A stretch of 64,000 nucleotides of DNA, taken from assembly GCA_030066335.1 (NCBI GenBank), contig JASJBV010000001.1, positions 9,065-73,064 on the forward strand, read 5' to 3'. Below are positions 53,354 through 62,522 of this stretch, piece after piece. This stretch comes from Gammaproteobacteria bacterium. Lineage in GTDB: Bacteria > Pseudomonadota > Gammaproteobacteria > GCA-001735895. The number at the start of each line of letters is the position of its first letter. The first letter of the stretch is position 1. Under the pieces are notes generated by a model, which made no database searches, was not told the DNA's origin, and saw only the letters and a list, made by a program, of their open reading frames with translations. A program made the position numbers and the translations under genes.

Positions 53354-54538
53354 ATGCAGGATAGCGTCCAGGCCTTTAGCGAAATCTTCCGCCTGGACGG
53401 CAACCCGGCGGGACCACTCAGTGGCCGGACCTTTGGCGCCAAGGATCTGTTCGATATTGCCGGGCATCAGACTGGTTGCGGCAATCCTGACTGGGCTGCC
53501 ACCCATGAGCCGGCGCTAACCACCGCCCCCGCGGTACAGGCCTTGCTGGATGCCGGCGCCACCCTGCTCGGCAAGACCCATACCGATGAACTGGCCTACA
53601 GCCTGATGGGGGTTAACGCCCATTACGGCACCCCACTCAATACGGCGGCTCCGGATCGGGTACCGGGTGGTTCATCCTCGGGCTCGGTGGCAGCAACCGC
53701 GGCCGGACTGGTCGATATCGGCCTCGGCACCGACACCGGTGGTTCGGTGCGTCTGCCCGCCTCTTTCAGCGGGGTCTATGGCATTCGCACCACCCATGGG
53801 CGCCTGAGTCTGGCGGCCACCATGGCGCTGGCACCCAGCTTCGATACGCTGGGCTGGTTTGCGCGTGACCCACACGCCCTGGCCCAGGCAGGCGAGGCTT
53901 ATGGCATCGGGTCACTTGAGCAAGATATCGGTCACTTGCAGTCACTGCGGCTGATAAAGGCTACCGATGCATTCGAACTGGCCTCAGTGCAAACCCAGCA
54001 AGCGCTTGGTCCGGGGCTGGCCCGATTAGAGGATTTCTTTGCTACCGCCCAGGCGCTACCGATTACCAACGGGAGCCTGACCGACTGGCGCGAAACCTTC
54101 CGGGTGTGCCAGGCGGCGGAGATTTGGCAGGAGCACGGGGAGTGGATCAGGCGCAGTCAGCCCGATTTTGGACCGGGTGTCAGGGAACGCTTCGAGATGG
54201 CCGCTTCGATTACTAGCGGGATGACACGAAAAGCTCTGGATGCGCGTGCAGAGATGCGCAATGAACTGCTGGACCTGATGGGTAATGACGGTTTACTGGT
54301 GTTACCTACCAGCCCCGGACCGGCACCATTGCGTGATGCCGATGAAACTGCCCTGGGTGGATTTCGCCAGGCAGCGCTGGAACTGCTGAGCCCGGCCGGA
54401 TTGGCCGGATTGCCGCAGATCAGTATTCCGGTCGGGATGGTGGACGGGGCACCGGTGGGATTATCAATGATCGCGCCGGCAGGAAGGGATGAATGGTTGC
54501 TGGGTCTTGCCCAGAATCTGTTTTCTGCCCGGCCATGA
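53354..54538 (+). CDS. amidase-signature family amidase
   Basis: GGSSSGSVAATAAGL...GTDTGGSVRLPA (Ser-cisSer-Lys triad region). Confidence 0.8.
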   Translation: MQDSVQAFSEIFRLDGNPAGPLSGRTFGAKDLFDIAGHQTGCGNPDWAATHEPALTTAPAVQALLDAGATLLGKTHTDELAYSLMGVNAHYGTPLNTAAPDRVPGGSSSGSVAATAAGLVDIGLGTDTGGSVRLPASFSGVYGIRTTHGRLSLAATMALAPSFDTLGWFARDPHALAQAGEAYGIGSLEQDIGHLQSLRLIKATDAFELASVQTQQALGPGLARLEDFFATAQALPITNGSLTDWRETFRVCQAAEIWQEHGEWIRRSQPDFGPGVRERFEMAASITSGMTRKALDARAEMRNELLDLMGNDGLLVLPTSPGPAPLRDADETALGGFRQAALELLSPAGLAGLPQISIPVGMVDGAPVGLSMIAPAGRDEWLLGLAQNLFSARP

Positions 54539-54628
54539 TGATACATATCCACGAGTCAGGCCTGCTGACCGCAATGTGGGTCAGACAGCTTTGTCGAGGC
54601 CAGGTCTAGTTAGCCCCCACAAATAAAA

Positions 54629-54656
54629 AAGACACGCCCGGTTAAGGGCGTGTCTT
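54629..54656. terminator. bidirectional rho-independent terminator AAGACACGCCCGGTTAAGGGCGTGTCTT flanked by A-run / T-rich
   Basis: Perfect 11-bp stem between convergent amidase and soxX genes. Confidence 0.65.
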
Positions 54657-54700
54657 ATCCATGTCATTACTGCTCAAGCGGTCTGCAACGAGACCCTAAG

Positions 54701-55396
54701 CTACTTGTTGACCGGTGACTCGGGGTCGAACAGGTAGGCCATGACGTGGCTGATCTGCTCTTCGGTCAGTACGTTCTGGGCTCCAATGCGTGGCATGTTG
54801 GTACATGGGAAGTACGCATGCGGGTTGTAGATGACCTCGTAGGTGTACTTGAGGATCGCATCGCTGCTGCCGCGTAATTTGCCATAATTGGTCAACACCG
54901 GTCCGATGTTCCCGCCGGTACGATCAGTCGCCATCTGGTGACAGTTGTAGCAGTTGCCGCCGGGACCATACTTGGTGGTTGAATGGTTATCGGTTCGGTG
55001 TCCTACCCGGTAGCCATAGCCTGACCAGGCCAACTCACGGCCGATTTTCCAGTCGCCCAGCTTGATCCCGCCTTTCGGGTACTTGATGTCGTTGCGGGCC
55101 ATGTTCATGACCTTGACCGAGGTATTCGCATCGACCGCACCACCACCGGTAACCGAGCAGGCCTTTTGCAAATCATCCTGCTCCAGGCGTTGACGGCTGA
55201 CACCGCCTTCCTGCACCTTTTGCTCGAGCTTGAAGCCGCCGCTGTTGAAGATCAGGTGCTCCGCCAATTGCTCTGGCGTCATCTTGGTGATATCCACCTT
55301 GCCGCCGTGGCCGCCGGCATAAGCCGTGTTGAATCCAACCAGCAGTCCAACACAGGTAGCCGCAAGGGCCGCTTTTTTCAGTATGTTATTAAGCAT
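54701..55396 (-). CDS. soxX: sulfur oxidation c-type cytochrome SoxX
   Basis: Signal peptide; single heme motif CYNCH in SoxX-like context (GGNCYNCHQMATD). Confidence 0.7.
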   Translation of the reverse strand: MLNNILKKAALAATCVGLLVGFNTAYAGGHGGKVDITKMTPEQLAEHLIFNSGGFKLEQKVQEGGVSRQRLEQDDLQKACSVTGGGAVDANTSVKVMNMARNDIKYPKGGIKLGDWKIGRELAWSGYGYRVGHRTDNHSTTKYGPGGNCYNCHQMATDRTGGNIGPVLTNYGKLRGSSDAILKYTYEVIYNPHAYFPCTNMPRIGAQNVLTEEQISHVMAYLFDPESPVNK

Positions 55397-55421
55397 TTTT
55401 TATCTCCTGTGAATTGAACCG

Positions 55422-56264
55422 TTAGCGTTTGAGGTCGGGCAGAATCGCGGGCTGACCGCGGGCCGCATCGGTCCAGTACGAGATCAATGCAGTCGATGCA
55501 TCGGAACCCGCAATGATCTGCGGATGACGCATCTGCCACAGGCAACCGCGCAGGCGGTGCTGGGTGCTGCGGACATTCAGCTGACCGGCACGCTCGGCAG
55601 GCCAGGAGATCGCCTTGGTCCACTCCTCGGGCTCATTGATATTGGGCAGCACCGAGGCGCGAATACGCTTGCCGGTATCGCCATGACAGGTCTGGCAGCT
55701 GAAATCCATCGGTCCGGCGCGACGGTAGAACATGACCTCGCCGGCATCACGCATGGCTTTTTCCTGCGGGTGATCCAGGGGTGGATTCCACTTCTTGCCA
55801 TTGGACTGGGCCGAAATGAAGGTCTGCAGCTTCATAAAATCCGAGCCCGAGCCGTGGCGTTTCTTGACCGGCGCGTCACTCTTTTTGAATCCCTGCAAGG
55901 TGGTCATGCAATGCACCAGCCGTGCCTCCAGGTCCATGACCTTATCGACATCGGCAAAATAGCGCGGCATCTCGACATAGGCGCCTTCAAGTACGCCAGG
56001 GCCCTTGCCGAAATCACAGCCTTCGAGGGAGGCATTTTTCGGTCCGCGCGCCTCGTAGAATAATTCCTCGCCTTCATCCACCAGCCACAATGCCGGGTTA
56101 TCGGGCATCATCTGCCGATTTTGCGGGCTCTGGTTGAGATAATTTGAACCGGTCTTATCGATCAGGGCCTCCAGAATTTCCTCCGGGGCCATGTCCTCGT
56201 AGTTGGTCGCATGGGCAACCCCTGCCGCCATAAGTATCGGCAGGGCATAAAGTATGGGTTTAGT
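55422..56264 (-). CDS. soxA: sulfur oxidation c-type cytochrome SoxA (monoheme type)
   Basis: GGAGGA RBS; signal peptide; heme motif CQTCH and SoxA-like length; adjacent to soxX. Confidence 0.7.
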   Translation of the reverse strand, partial: TKPILYALPILMAAGVAHATNYEDMAPEEILEALIDKTGSNYLNQSPQNRQMMPDNPALWLVDEGEELFYEARGPKNASLEGCDFGKGPGVLEGAYVEMPRYFADVDKVMDLEARLVHCMTTLQGFKKSDAPVKKRHGSGSDFMKLQTFISAQSNGKKWNPPLDHPQEKAMRDAGEVMFYRRAGPMDFSCQTCHGDTGKRIRASVLPNINEPEEWTKAISWPAERAGQLNVRSTQHRLRGCLWQMRHPQIIAGSDASTALISYWTDAARGQPAILPDLKR

Positions 56265-56581
56265 CATCACTATCCTCCGTTGGGTTATTTCGTCGTCGTT
56301 CGACATTATTGTTGTCTTATCGATTGACTCCGGTATCGCTGCATTTATTCCAAGCTCAGATACCGTTGGTCAAAAATAACACAGATTAATCCGTCAAGTC
56401 AGCAAGATTACCTACCTGTTTTTGCAGTTTCTGTGAATTCAGTTCGCTTTCCTGCAACCAACCGCAGTACCCGTAAATTCGTCATGGTTTTTTCTGACTG
56501 AAGCAAATCATGGCAGGAACTATGCCCAATTGGTATCTGCAGCAAAATCTGGCAGACTGCCTTATCGATTGGAGATGTGGC

Positions 56582-57310
56582 ATGACTTATTGTGTGGCGA
56601 TTAATGTTGATCAGGGTATCACCTTCTGTTCCGACTCGCGGACCAGTGCCGGGGTGGACCAGATCAATACCTATTCCAAGATGTTTCGCTTCGGCCAGGA
56701 TGGCAATCGCCAGTTTGTAATCCTGGCGGCCGGTAACCTCGCCACCACGCAAGCGGTGATTGCCCGGCTGGACAAGGACATGGCCAGCCAGACCACGGTG
56801 AACCTGAACACGGTAACGGACATGGATGAGGCTGCCGATTATCTCGGCCGGATCAGTGTCGAACAACAAAACAAGACCGGGGGCGGCCGCATGTACGAGG
56901 CCTCGTTTCTGCTCGGCGGGCAAATCCTGGGTACCAGTCCGCAGTTGATGCTGGTCTATCCGCAGGGCAATTACATAAAGTCCTCCCGCCAGACGCCATT
57001 CCTGCAGATTGGTGAAAGCCAGTATGGCAAACCGATTCTGGATCGCATCATTACCACCGACACCGATCTGCACACGGCCGCTCTGTGTTCGATCGTATCG
57101 ATGGATTCAACCATGCGCAGCAACCTTAGCGTCGGCCCGCCGATCGAGATCCAACTCTACCGTGCGGATAGCCTGTTGGCCGGGGACTATTATCATCTCG
57201 AGGAAGACAGCGATTATCTCAGGCAGATCAACCAGATCTGGAACCAGCGGATGCTGGAAAGTTTTGCCAGCCTGCCTGCATTGGATTCCGCGTTGGCGAT
57301 TTCGCAGTAA
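56582..57310 (+). CDS. Anbu-type proteasome-homologue peptidase (Ntn hydrolase)
   Basis: Starts MTYCVAINVDQG with Thr directly after Met, as in the Anbu/HslV beta-subunit family; ~243 aa. Confidence 0.7.
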   Translation: MTYCVAINVDQGITFCSDSRTSAGVDQINTYSKMFRFGQDGNRQFVILAAGNLATTQAVIARLDKDMASQTTVNLNTVTDMDEAADYLGRISVEQQNKTGGGRMYEASFLLGGQILGTSPQLMLVYPQGNYIKSSRQTPFLQIGESQYGKPILDRIITTDTDLHTAALCSIVSMDSTMRSNLSVGPPIEIQLYRADSLLAGDYYHLEEDSDYLRQINQIWNQRMLESFASLPALDSALAISQ

Positions 57311-57371
57311 GCGGAGTGGAAACCGGGAGGCCTGGACCGTCCTGGCCGACTCTGACCCTAATTGTTTGACC

Positions 57372-57839
57372 CTAATTGTTGCTTTGCTCTTCGCGCAACT
57401 TATCGCGCACCGCCATCAGCACCTTGCCGAAGGCATTGTTACCTCTGCCGTCACGTCCGCAACCCCAGAAGTAATCGTACTGGCTGGACTCGACAATCTG
57501 CTGGTCGCCGGTGGCCAGTAACTCTGCTGCCACTGCTTCGTGGGTGCGGCACTTTATGTAGACACCTCGTGTCATCATCACCTCCCGCACCTGCGGCCAG
57601 TCCTGGCGTATTTGCCCCTTGTTGGCATCGGCCAGCTTTTTCGCCTTGTCGGGGTGGTCGGTCGCACGAATCGACTCACGCAGTTCGGCATCTTCAAACT
57701 TCATGCCCTGGTAGTAGTGTTCAACCGACGGCCACTCGTAGCCGTCGAGTTCGAATCCCAACCTCGTATAGCTCGATAGCTGATGGTTAACATCACCGCG
57801 GGATAGATAGTAACGTTTGCGTGAATCAGAAAAAAACAT
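57372..57839 (-). CDS. NADAR-domain protein (YbiA-like N-glycosidase family)
   Basis: ESSQYDYFWGCGRDGRGNNAFGKVLMAVR motif block of DUF1768/NADAR. Confidence 0.75.
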   Translation of the reverse strand: MFFSDSRKRYYLSRGDVNHQLSSYTRLGFELDGYEWPSVEHYYQGMKFEDAELRESIRATDHPDKAKKLADANKGQIRQDWPQVREVMMTRGVYIKCRTHEAVAAELLATGDQQIVESSQYDYFWGCGRDGRGNNAFGKVLMAVRDKLREEQSNN

Positions 57840-58181
57840 TGGGAACCTGCTGAATGGCTGGATAAATGAACATTACGATCACCAGGATGGCTGGTTGTTG
57901 AAGGCCTTCGTCCTCAGGTTAAACCTTACTCTGCCCTCAATGGAGTCGCATCCCGATCAAGCCAGGAAATCATAAACTCAACTTCCAACCATCACAACAA
58001 TCCATTGTCACCACATGATTGCCGGCTAATTCTTCAATCAAAATCCAACAGCATTAGGAACATGCACTGATGGTGAGGAAACTTATTCATATCTCACAGA
58101 TCAAAAACAGAACTTCGATCTCGATATCACCCACCCGTATCGCGCTCGTTAAGACCATTCAAGTTTAAATGGAGTGTGCAA

Positions 58182-58757
58182 ATGTTTTCCCGCCGTACAT
58201 TGCTAAAATCTGGACTGGCAGCATTCAGCTCGCTTTCCTTACCATCGGCACTAGCTTCAGCACAAGGTTATGGCATTGCCGGTAAACAGGCTCCGGAACT
58301 CAAGGTGAACTACTGGATCGATACCCAGGGTAATGAGACTGAAGATACATTTCGCCTGTCGGATCATCAAGGCAAGTGGGTTTTTCTCAAATGCTTTCAA
58401 AGCTGGTGCCCCGGCTGTCATTCCCATGGACTACCCGCAGTCAAGAAAATATCGGACGCCCTGGCAGACAATCCCGAGGTCGTGTTTGCAGGTATTCAGA
58501 CCGTGTTCGAAGGCCGCTCGGTCAATACGATCGACAAGGTAATTAAGACCCAGAAGCAGTACGGGCTTAATTTTCCCATGGGACACGACCCGGGTGTTGA
58601 AAGATCGCTGACGATGATCGATTATCGTACCGGGGGTACGCCCTGGATGATACTGATCTCACCATCACGCCAGGTCGTTTATAACGATTTCAGTATCAAC
58701 GCTGATAAAGCGATTGAATTTCTGCAACAAGCAACTGCATCCCCACCCATTGGCTGA
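58182..58757 (+). CDS. TAT-exported thioredoxin-like (redoxin/TlpA-like) protein
   Basis: SRRTLLKSGLAAF twin-arginine signal; CxxC motif WCPGC. Confidence 0.7.
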   Translation: MFSRRTLLKSGLAAFSSLSLPSALASAQGYGIAGKQAPELKVNYWIDTQGNETEDTFRLSDHQGKWVFLKCFQSWCPGCHSHGLPAVKKISDALADNPEVVFAGIQTVFEGRSVNTIDKVIKTQKQYGLNFPMGHDPGVERSLTMIDYRTGGTPWMILISPSRQVVYNDFSINADKAIEFLQQATASPPIG

Positions 58758-59347
58758 TGCAAAAGAAACTATCCATAATATTTTGGCTTCTGGTCGCACC
58801 TGGTCTTGCCAAGGCCAGTACCGACATCGCGTCCATGTTGCCGTTTGCCGGCAGCTACCAAAGCCTGGCTTCCACCGCCCAGGAACTTACTTCGAGGGAA
58901 AAAAACAGTTGGACCACGATTCCGCAGAATGTTTACCTCAACCTGATCAGGGACCAGGAGATACTCGAGCTGCAGTTAACGATCGAGGTATTGGACAGCA
59001 CCGGCCAAAAGCTCTACCCCATCGAAAACACCATGTGGTTGCGTCATGTCGGTAACAACCAACTCGAGGTCTATAAGCTCAGCCGCAGCAACGATGCATT
59101 CGACAAGGTGGGCGACGGCGAATGCAGCGCTAGCGCTTGCGCCTACGAGTACGTGATCCTGGCGCAAAATAATGGAAACCCTTACCAGCAGAGATACACC
59201 AGCAGCATCAGCTGGAGTCCTGGCGAAGCCGGCGCTAGCTTCACCCAGGCGGGGAGTCTGTCGGCAAAACTGACCAGTGTTGAAGACGGCGAGGATCCCT
59301 GGTTGGTGTTCAAGACCTGGTCTAATAAATTTGAGGCAAGGCCTTAG
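58757..59347 (+). CDS. hypothetical secreted protein translationally coupled to the redoxin gene
   Basis: Signal peptide MQKKLSIIFWLLVAPGLAKA; TGATG stop/start overlap. Confidence 0.5.
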   Translation: MQKKLSIIFWLLVAPGLAKASTDIASMLPFAGSYQSLASTAQELTSREKNSWTTIPQNVYLNLIRDQEILELQLTIEVLDSTGQKLYPIENTMWLRHVGNNQLEVYKLSRSNDAFDKVGDGECSASACAYEYVILAQNNGNPYQQRYTSSISWSPGEAGASFTQAGSLSAKLTSVEDGEDPWLVFKTWSNKFEARP

Positions 59348-59470
59348 CAAGCTCAATCTCAACGTAGTCGCAAATGACTCTACAAATTGCGTTCAGTTTG
59401 TCATCCCAAAAACTTTTCTGATGTTATGTAACTGATACATGAGGTAACAGCTGGGGGTTAATTTACGCGG

Positions 59471-60841
59471 TTATTTTATGATTCGATAGCAGGGTGTGTA
59501 CTCTTCGCCTTCCAGTTTCATCCGGGTTTGCGCCACGAATGAGGCCAGCAGGGTATCCAGCCGCTGCATGATAGCGTGGTCGCCGTGGATCTCGAACAAT
59601 CCATGCTCTTCGACTTCACGGATGCCCTCCACCTTCACGTTGCCGGCGACGATACCGGAAAAGGCACGACGCAGATTGGCGGCCAGTTCGTGGGTTTCCA
59701 TGTCCTTGCGGATTAACAGGTTACGCATGTTGTCATGGGTCGGATGGAACGCCTGCTGAAACTCGTAATCGATATTGAGCCGCCAGTTGAAGTAATAGGC
59801 GTCGCCATGCTGTTTACGGTATTCACGAACTTGTTGCACGCCCTCGATCATTTCACGCGCGACCCGGACCGGGTCGTCGATGATGATCTGGTAGCACTGG
59901 CGGATCTCTTCACCCAGGGTCTCGACCAGGAAGGCATCGATCTCATGGAAGTAATCGGCTGAGCCACCGGGCCCGGTCATGATCAGGGGAAAGGGTATCT
60001 CCCGGTTTTCCGGATGCAGCAGGATCCCCAGGATGAATAGTATTTCTTCCGCCGTCCCCACCCCGCCGGGAAAAACCACAAAACCATGACCGGTCCGGAC
60101 AAAGGCCTCCAGGCGCTTTTCCATATCCGGCAGGATTACCAGGTCGTTGACGATCGGGTTGGGCGCTTCCGCGGCAATAATCCCGGGTTCGGAAATCCCC
60201 AGGTATTGCCCGTTGCTGATACGCTGCTTGGCATGGCCGATGGTTGCCCCTTTCATCGGGCCTTTCATCGCACCCGGGCCGCAGCCGGTGCAGACATCCA
60301 GACCACGCAGGCCCAGCTCATATCCCACCTCCTTGGTGTAATCGTATTCCAGCCTTGAGATCGAATGACCACCCCAGCAGACGATCAGGCGCGGATCGGT
60401 TTGCGGGCGCAGGATGCCGGCGTTGCGCAGGATATGAAAAACCGCGTTGGTGATACCGGCAGATTGGTTGAGATCGATATCCGGGTTGTCGCTAATGTTC
60501 TCACCGACATAGACTACATCGCGTAACACCGCAAACAGATGTTCACTGATACCCTTGATCATCTTGCCATCGACGAAGGCGCTGGCCGGCGCATTCTTGA
60601 CCTCGAGTTTTATCCCGCGTTCCACCTGTAATAGGCGAATGTCGAAGGATGGATATCGTTCCAGTAGTTGCTTGCCATCATCCAGGTAATTACCGCAATT
60701 GAGCACCGCCAGCGAGCAGTTGCGAAAGATGTCATACAGACCGCCCTGGCTGGTATCCAGCAGCTTACTGACCTCGATTTTCGATAATACATCCAGCCGG
60801 CCTGGCGGGGATATCACTGCATCAACAACATCGTATTTCAT
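59471..60841 (-). CDS. ppnN: LOG-family nucleotide 5'-monophosphate nucleosidase (PpnN/YgdH-like)
   Basis: 456 aa; GGPGAMKGP…PGGVGTAEEIL Rossmann LOG motifs with N- and C-terminal extensions typical of PpnN. Confidence 0.7.
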   Translation of the reverse strand: MKYDVVDAVISPPGRLDVLSKIEVSKLLDTSQGGLYDIFRNCSLAVLNCGNYLDDGKQLLERYPSFDIRLLQVERGIKLEVKNAPASAFVDGKMIKGISEHLFAVLRDVVYVGENISDNPDIDLNQSAGITNAVFHILRNAGILRPQTDPRLIVCWGGHSISRLEYDYTKEVGYELGLRGLDVCTGCGPGAMKGPMKGATIGHAKQRISNGQYLGISEPGIIAAEAPNPIVNDLVILPDMEKRLEAFVRTGHGFVVFPGGVGTAEEILFILGILLHPENREIPFPLIMTGPGGSADYFHEIDAFLVETLGEEIRQCYQIIIDDPVRVAREMIEGVQQVREYRKQHGDAYYFNWRLNIDYEFQQAFHPTHDNMRNLLIRKDMETHELAANLRRAFSGIVAGNVKVEGIREVEEHGLFEIHGDHAIMQRLDTLLASFVAQTRMKLEGEEYTPCYRIIK

Positions 60842-61249
60842 CGTTCCCTCTAATCATTGTAGCGATCGCTGACGATCCATAGCTGCCGAACAGCCCACAG
60901 AGTCAGTCACCCCAATAGTATAGTGAAATCCGACTTCGCGATCACTCAATGTCATGAGTTGCAACGCCTGATGATCCGGCATTACCGAGAATAAAATCTG
61001 CCCAGCCCATTGGTTTACAGCATTCATCGGCCAACCACCTCTCCTTACGCGAAAGCCTGCTTAGTCGCGGGCCGGATCAGGATACATGGATAGATGACTT
61101 ATATCAGTTCCCGCGCCGATGTTTGGCCAAAAACGTTCTGCATGGACCGGTTCGGAGATAAACTAGGAATTAGAGTCTGGTGGTTAAGATGTGGCTTTGT
61201 AAGCCAGGTTATTGCAACAGCACTCGATGACCACCAGCCGGGGGTCAAG

Positions 61250-61504
61250 ATGATTAGCATGACGAGAGCATTATCCAGCTGGATGATCACTGTTGTTATC
61301 GCAGTCAGTGGTTGTGCGACGCAAACACCCTTACCCACCCAGCCGCCCATGACAACAGATGATCAGGTAAATTGCGTAAACCGCTGTCTTACCTTGCGTG
61401 ACTGCTGTGTCAAGAGTTGTAACTGGGTTAAACCCAAAGCCCAGTATGAATGCAGGGATAACTGTGTTATCGATTTGGGTAAGTGTTACGAGACCTGCAA
61501 CTGA
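61250..61504 (+). CDS. small Cys-rich lipoprotein (8 Cys in ~50 residues)
   Basis: Lipobox AVSGC; C-terminal CVNRCLTLRDCCVKSCNWVKPKAQYECRDNCVIDLGKCYETCN. Confidence 0.5.
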   Translation: MISMTRALSSWMITVVIAVSGCATQTPLPTQPPMTTDDQVNCVNRCLTLRDCCVKSCNWVKPKAQYECRDNCVIDLGKCYETCN

Positions 61505-61617
61505 TACGACTGCCTGCAAGTGGATTAATGCCCTGCCTTTTTGTAGTCTTGTAAAACCCGTGTTTGCAAGCAACAAACACGTCTCACAGACCTGAAGCAG
61601 CCAATAAGGAAGTACCC

Positions 61618-62436
61618 ATGGCAACCAAAGTTTTCGATAGCGAAGAAGCTGCCGCATATTACGACAATGCAGCGGTAGCGGATTTTTACCAGCAGTGCTG
61701 GGGTGGCGAAGATATCCATATCGGTCATTACCCGACTGGCAACGAGAGCGTCAAGCAAGCCTCTGCTGCTATGACCCGGCATCTGCTTGAGTTTGCGGGT
61801 ATCACCGGTGGAGATCGGGTGCTTGATATCGCCTGCGGTTATGGCGGAACCCTGCGCATGCTGGCCCGCATGGGCTGCCAGGCGAAAGGCATCGATATCT
61901 CGGAGATCTGCGTGAACCGGGCTAACGCGCTAACTTCAGCGGCGGGGCTCAGTGACCGTATCGAGACCGTGACCGGGGATTTCCATCACATCGACAGTGC
62001 AGCGGATACCTGGGACGGCGTCATCTGCCAGGAAGCGATTATCCATTCCGACAATCGACCAGCCGTGTTTGCCGAGGCTTTAAGGATCCTGCGCCCGGGT
62101 GGGGTGTTTGCATTTTCCGATATTCTGACCGGGCATAATGCGGACATCAGCATGGTCGAGGCCGCATTTGCCCGGCTCGGAGCCAGCGCCGGCGCGACTG
62201 TCGGTGATTACCAGGTCATGGCCCAATCCGCCGGTTTCGTCGACATCCAGGCCGAGGAACGATTGGCTGACATCAAGACGCATTACAACAAGCTGGCTGC
62301 TGAACTGTCCGAACCTGTTCCAGGTCTCGACGCCAATGCACAACTGGCGATTGGCCAAAGTATCTCACGCTGGCAGGCTGCATTGGCTGAAGGTCATATC
62401 ACCTGGGCCTGCTTCGTCGCGCGCAAACCGGTTTAA
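61618..62436 (+). CDS. SAM-dependent methyltransferase, sarcosine/dimethylglycine N-methyltransferase-like
   Basis: AAGGAAG RBS; N-terminal YYDNAAVADFYQQCWGGEDIHIGHY and SAM motif I VLDIACGYGG. Confidence 0.6.
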   Translation: MATKVFDSEEAAAYYDNAAVADFYQQCWGGEDIHIGHYPTGNESVKQASAAMTRHLLEFAGITGGDRVLDIACGYGGTLRMLARMGCQAKGIDISEICVNRANALTSAAGLSDRIETVTGDFHHIDSAADTWDGVICQEAIIHSDNRPAVFAEALRILRPGGVFAFSDILTGHNADISMVEAAFARLGASAGATVGDYQVMAQSAGFVDIQAEERLADIKTHYNKLAAELSEPVPGLDANAQLAIGQSISRWQAALAEGHITWACFVARKPV

Positions 62437-62522
62437 TCCAGGTGTTAATCAATCGAGTCTGACCCCTTTGATCTTCTGCTTTGATCTGTAACGGGTCAAT
62501 TCAAGGATAACAAAATACTCTA

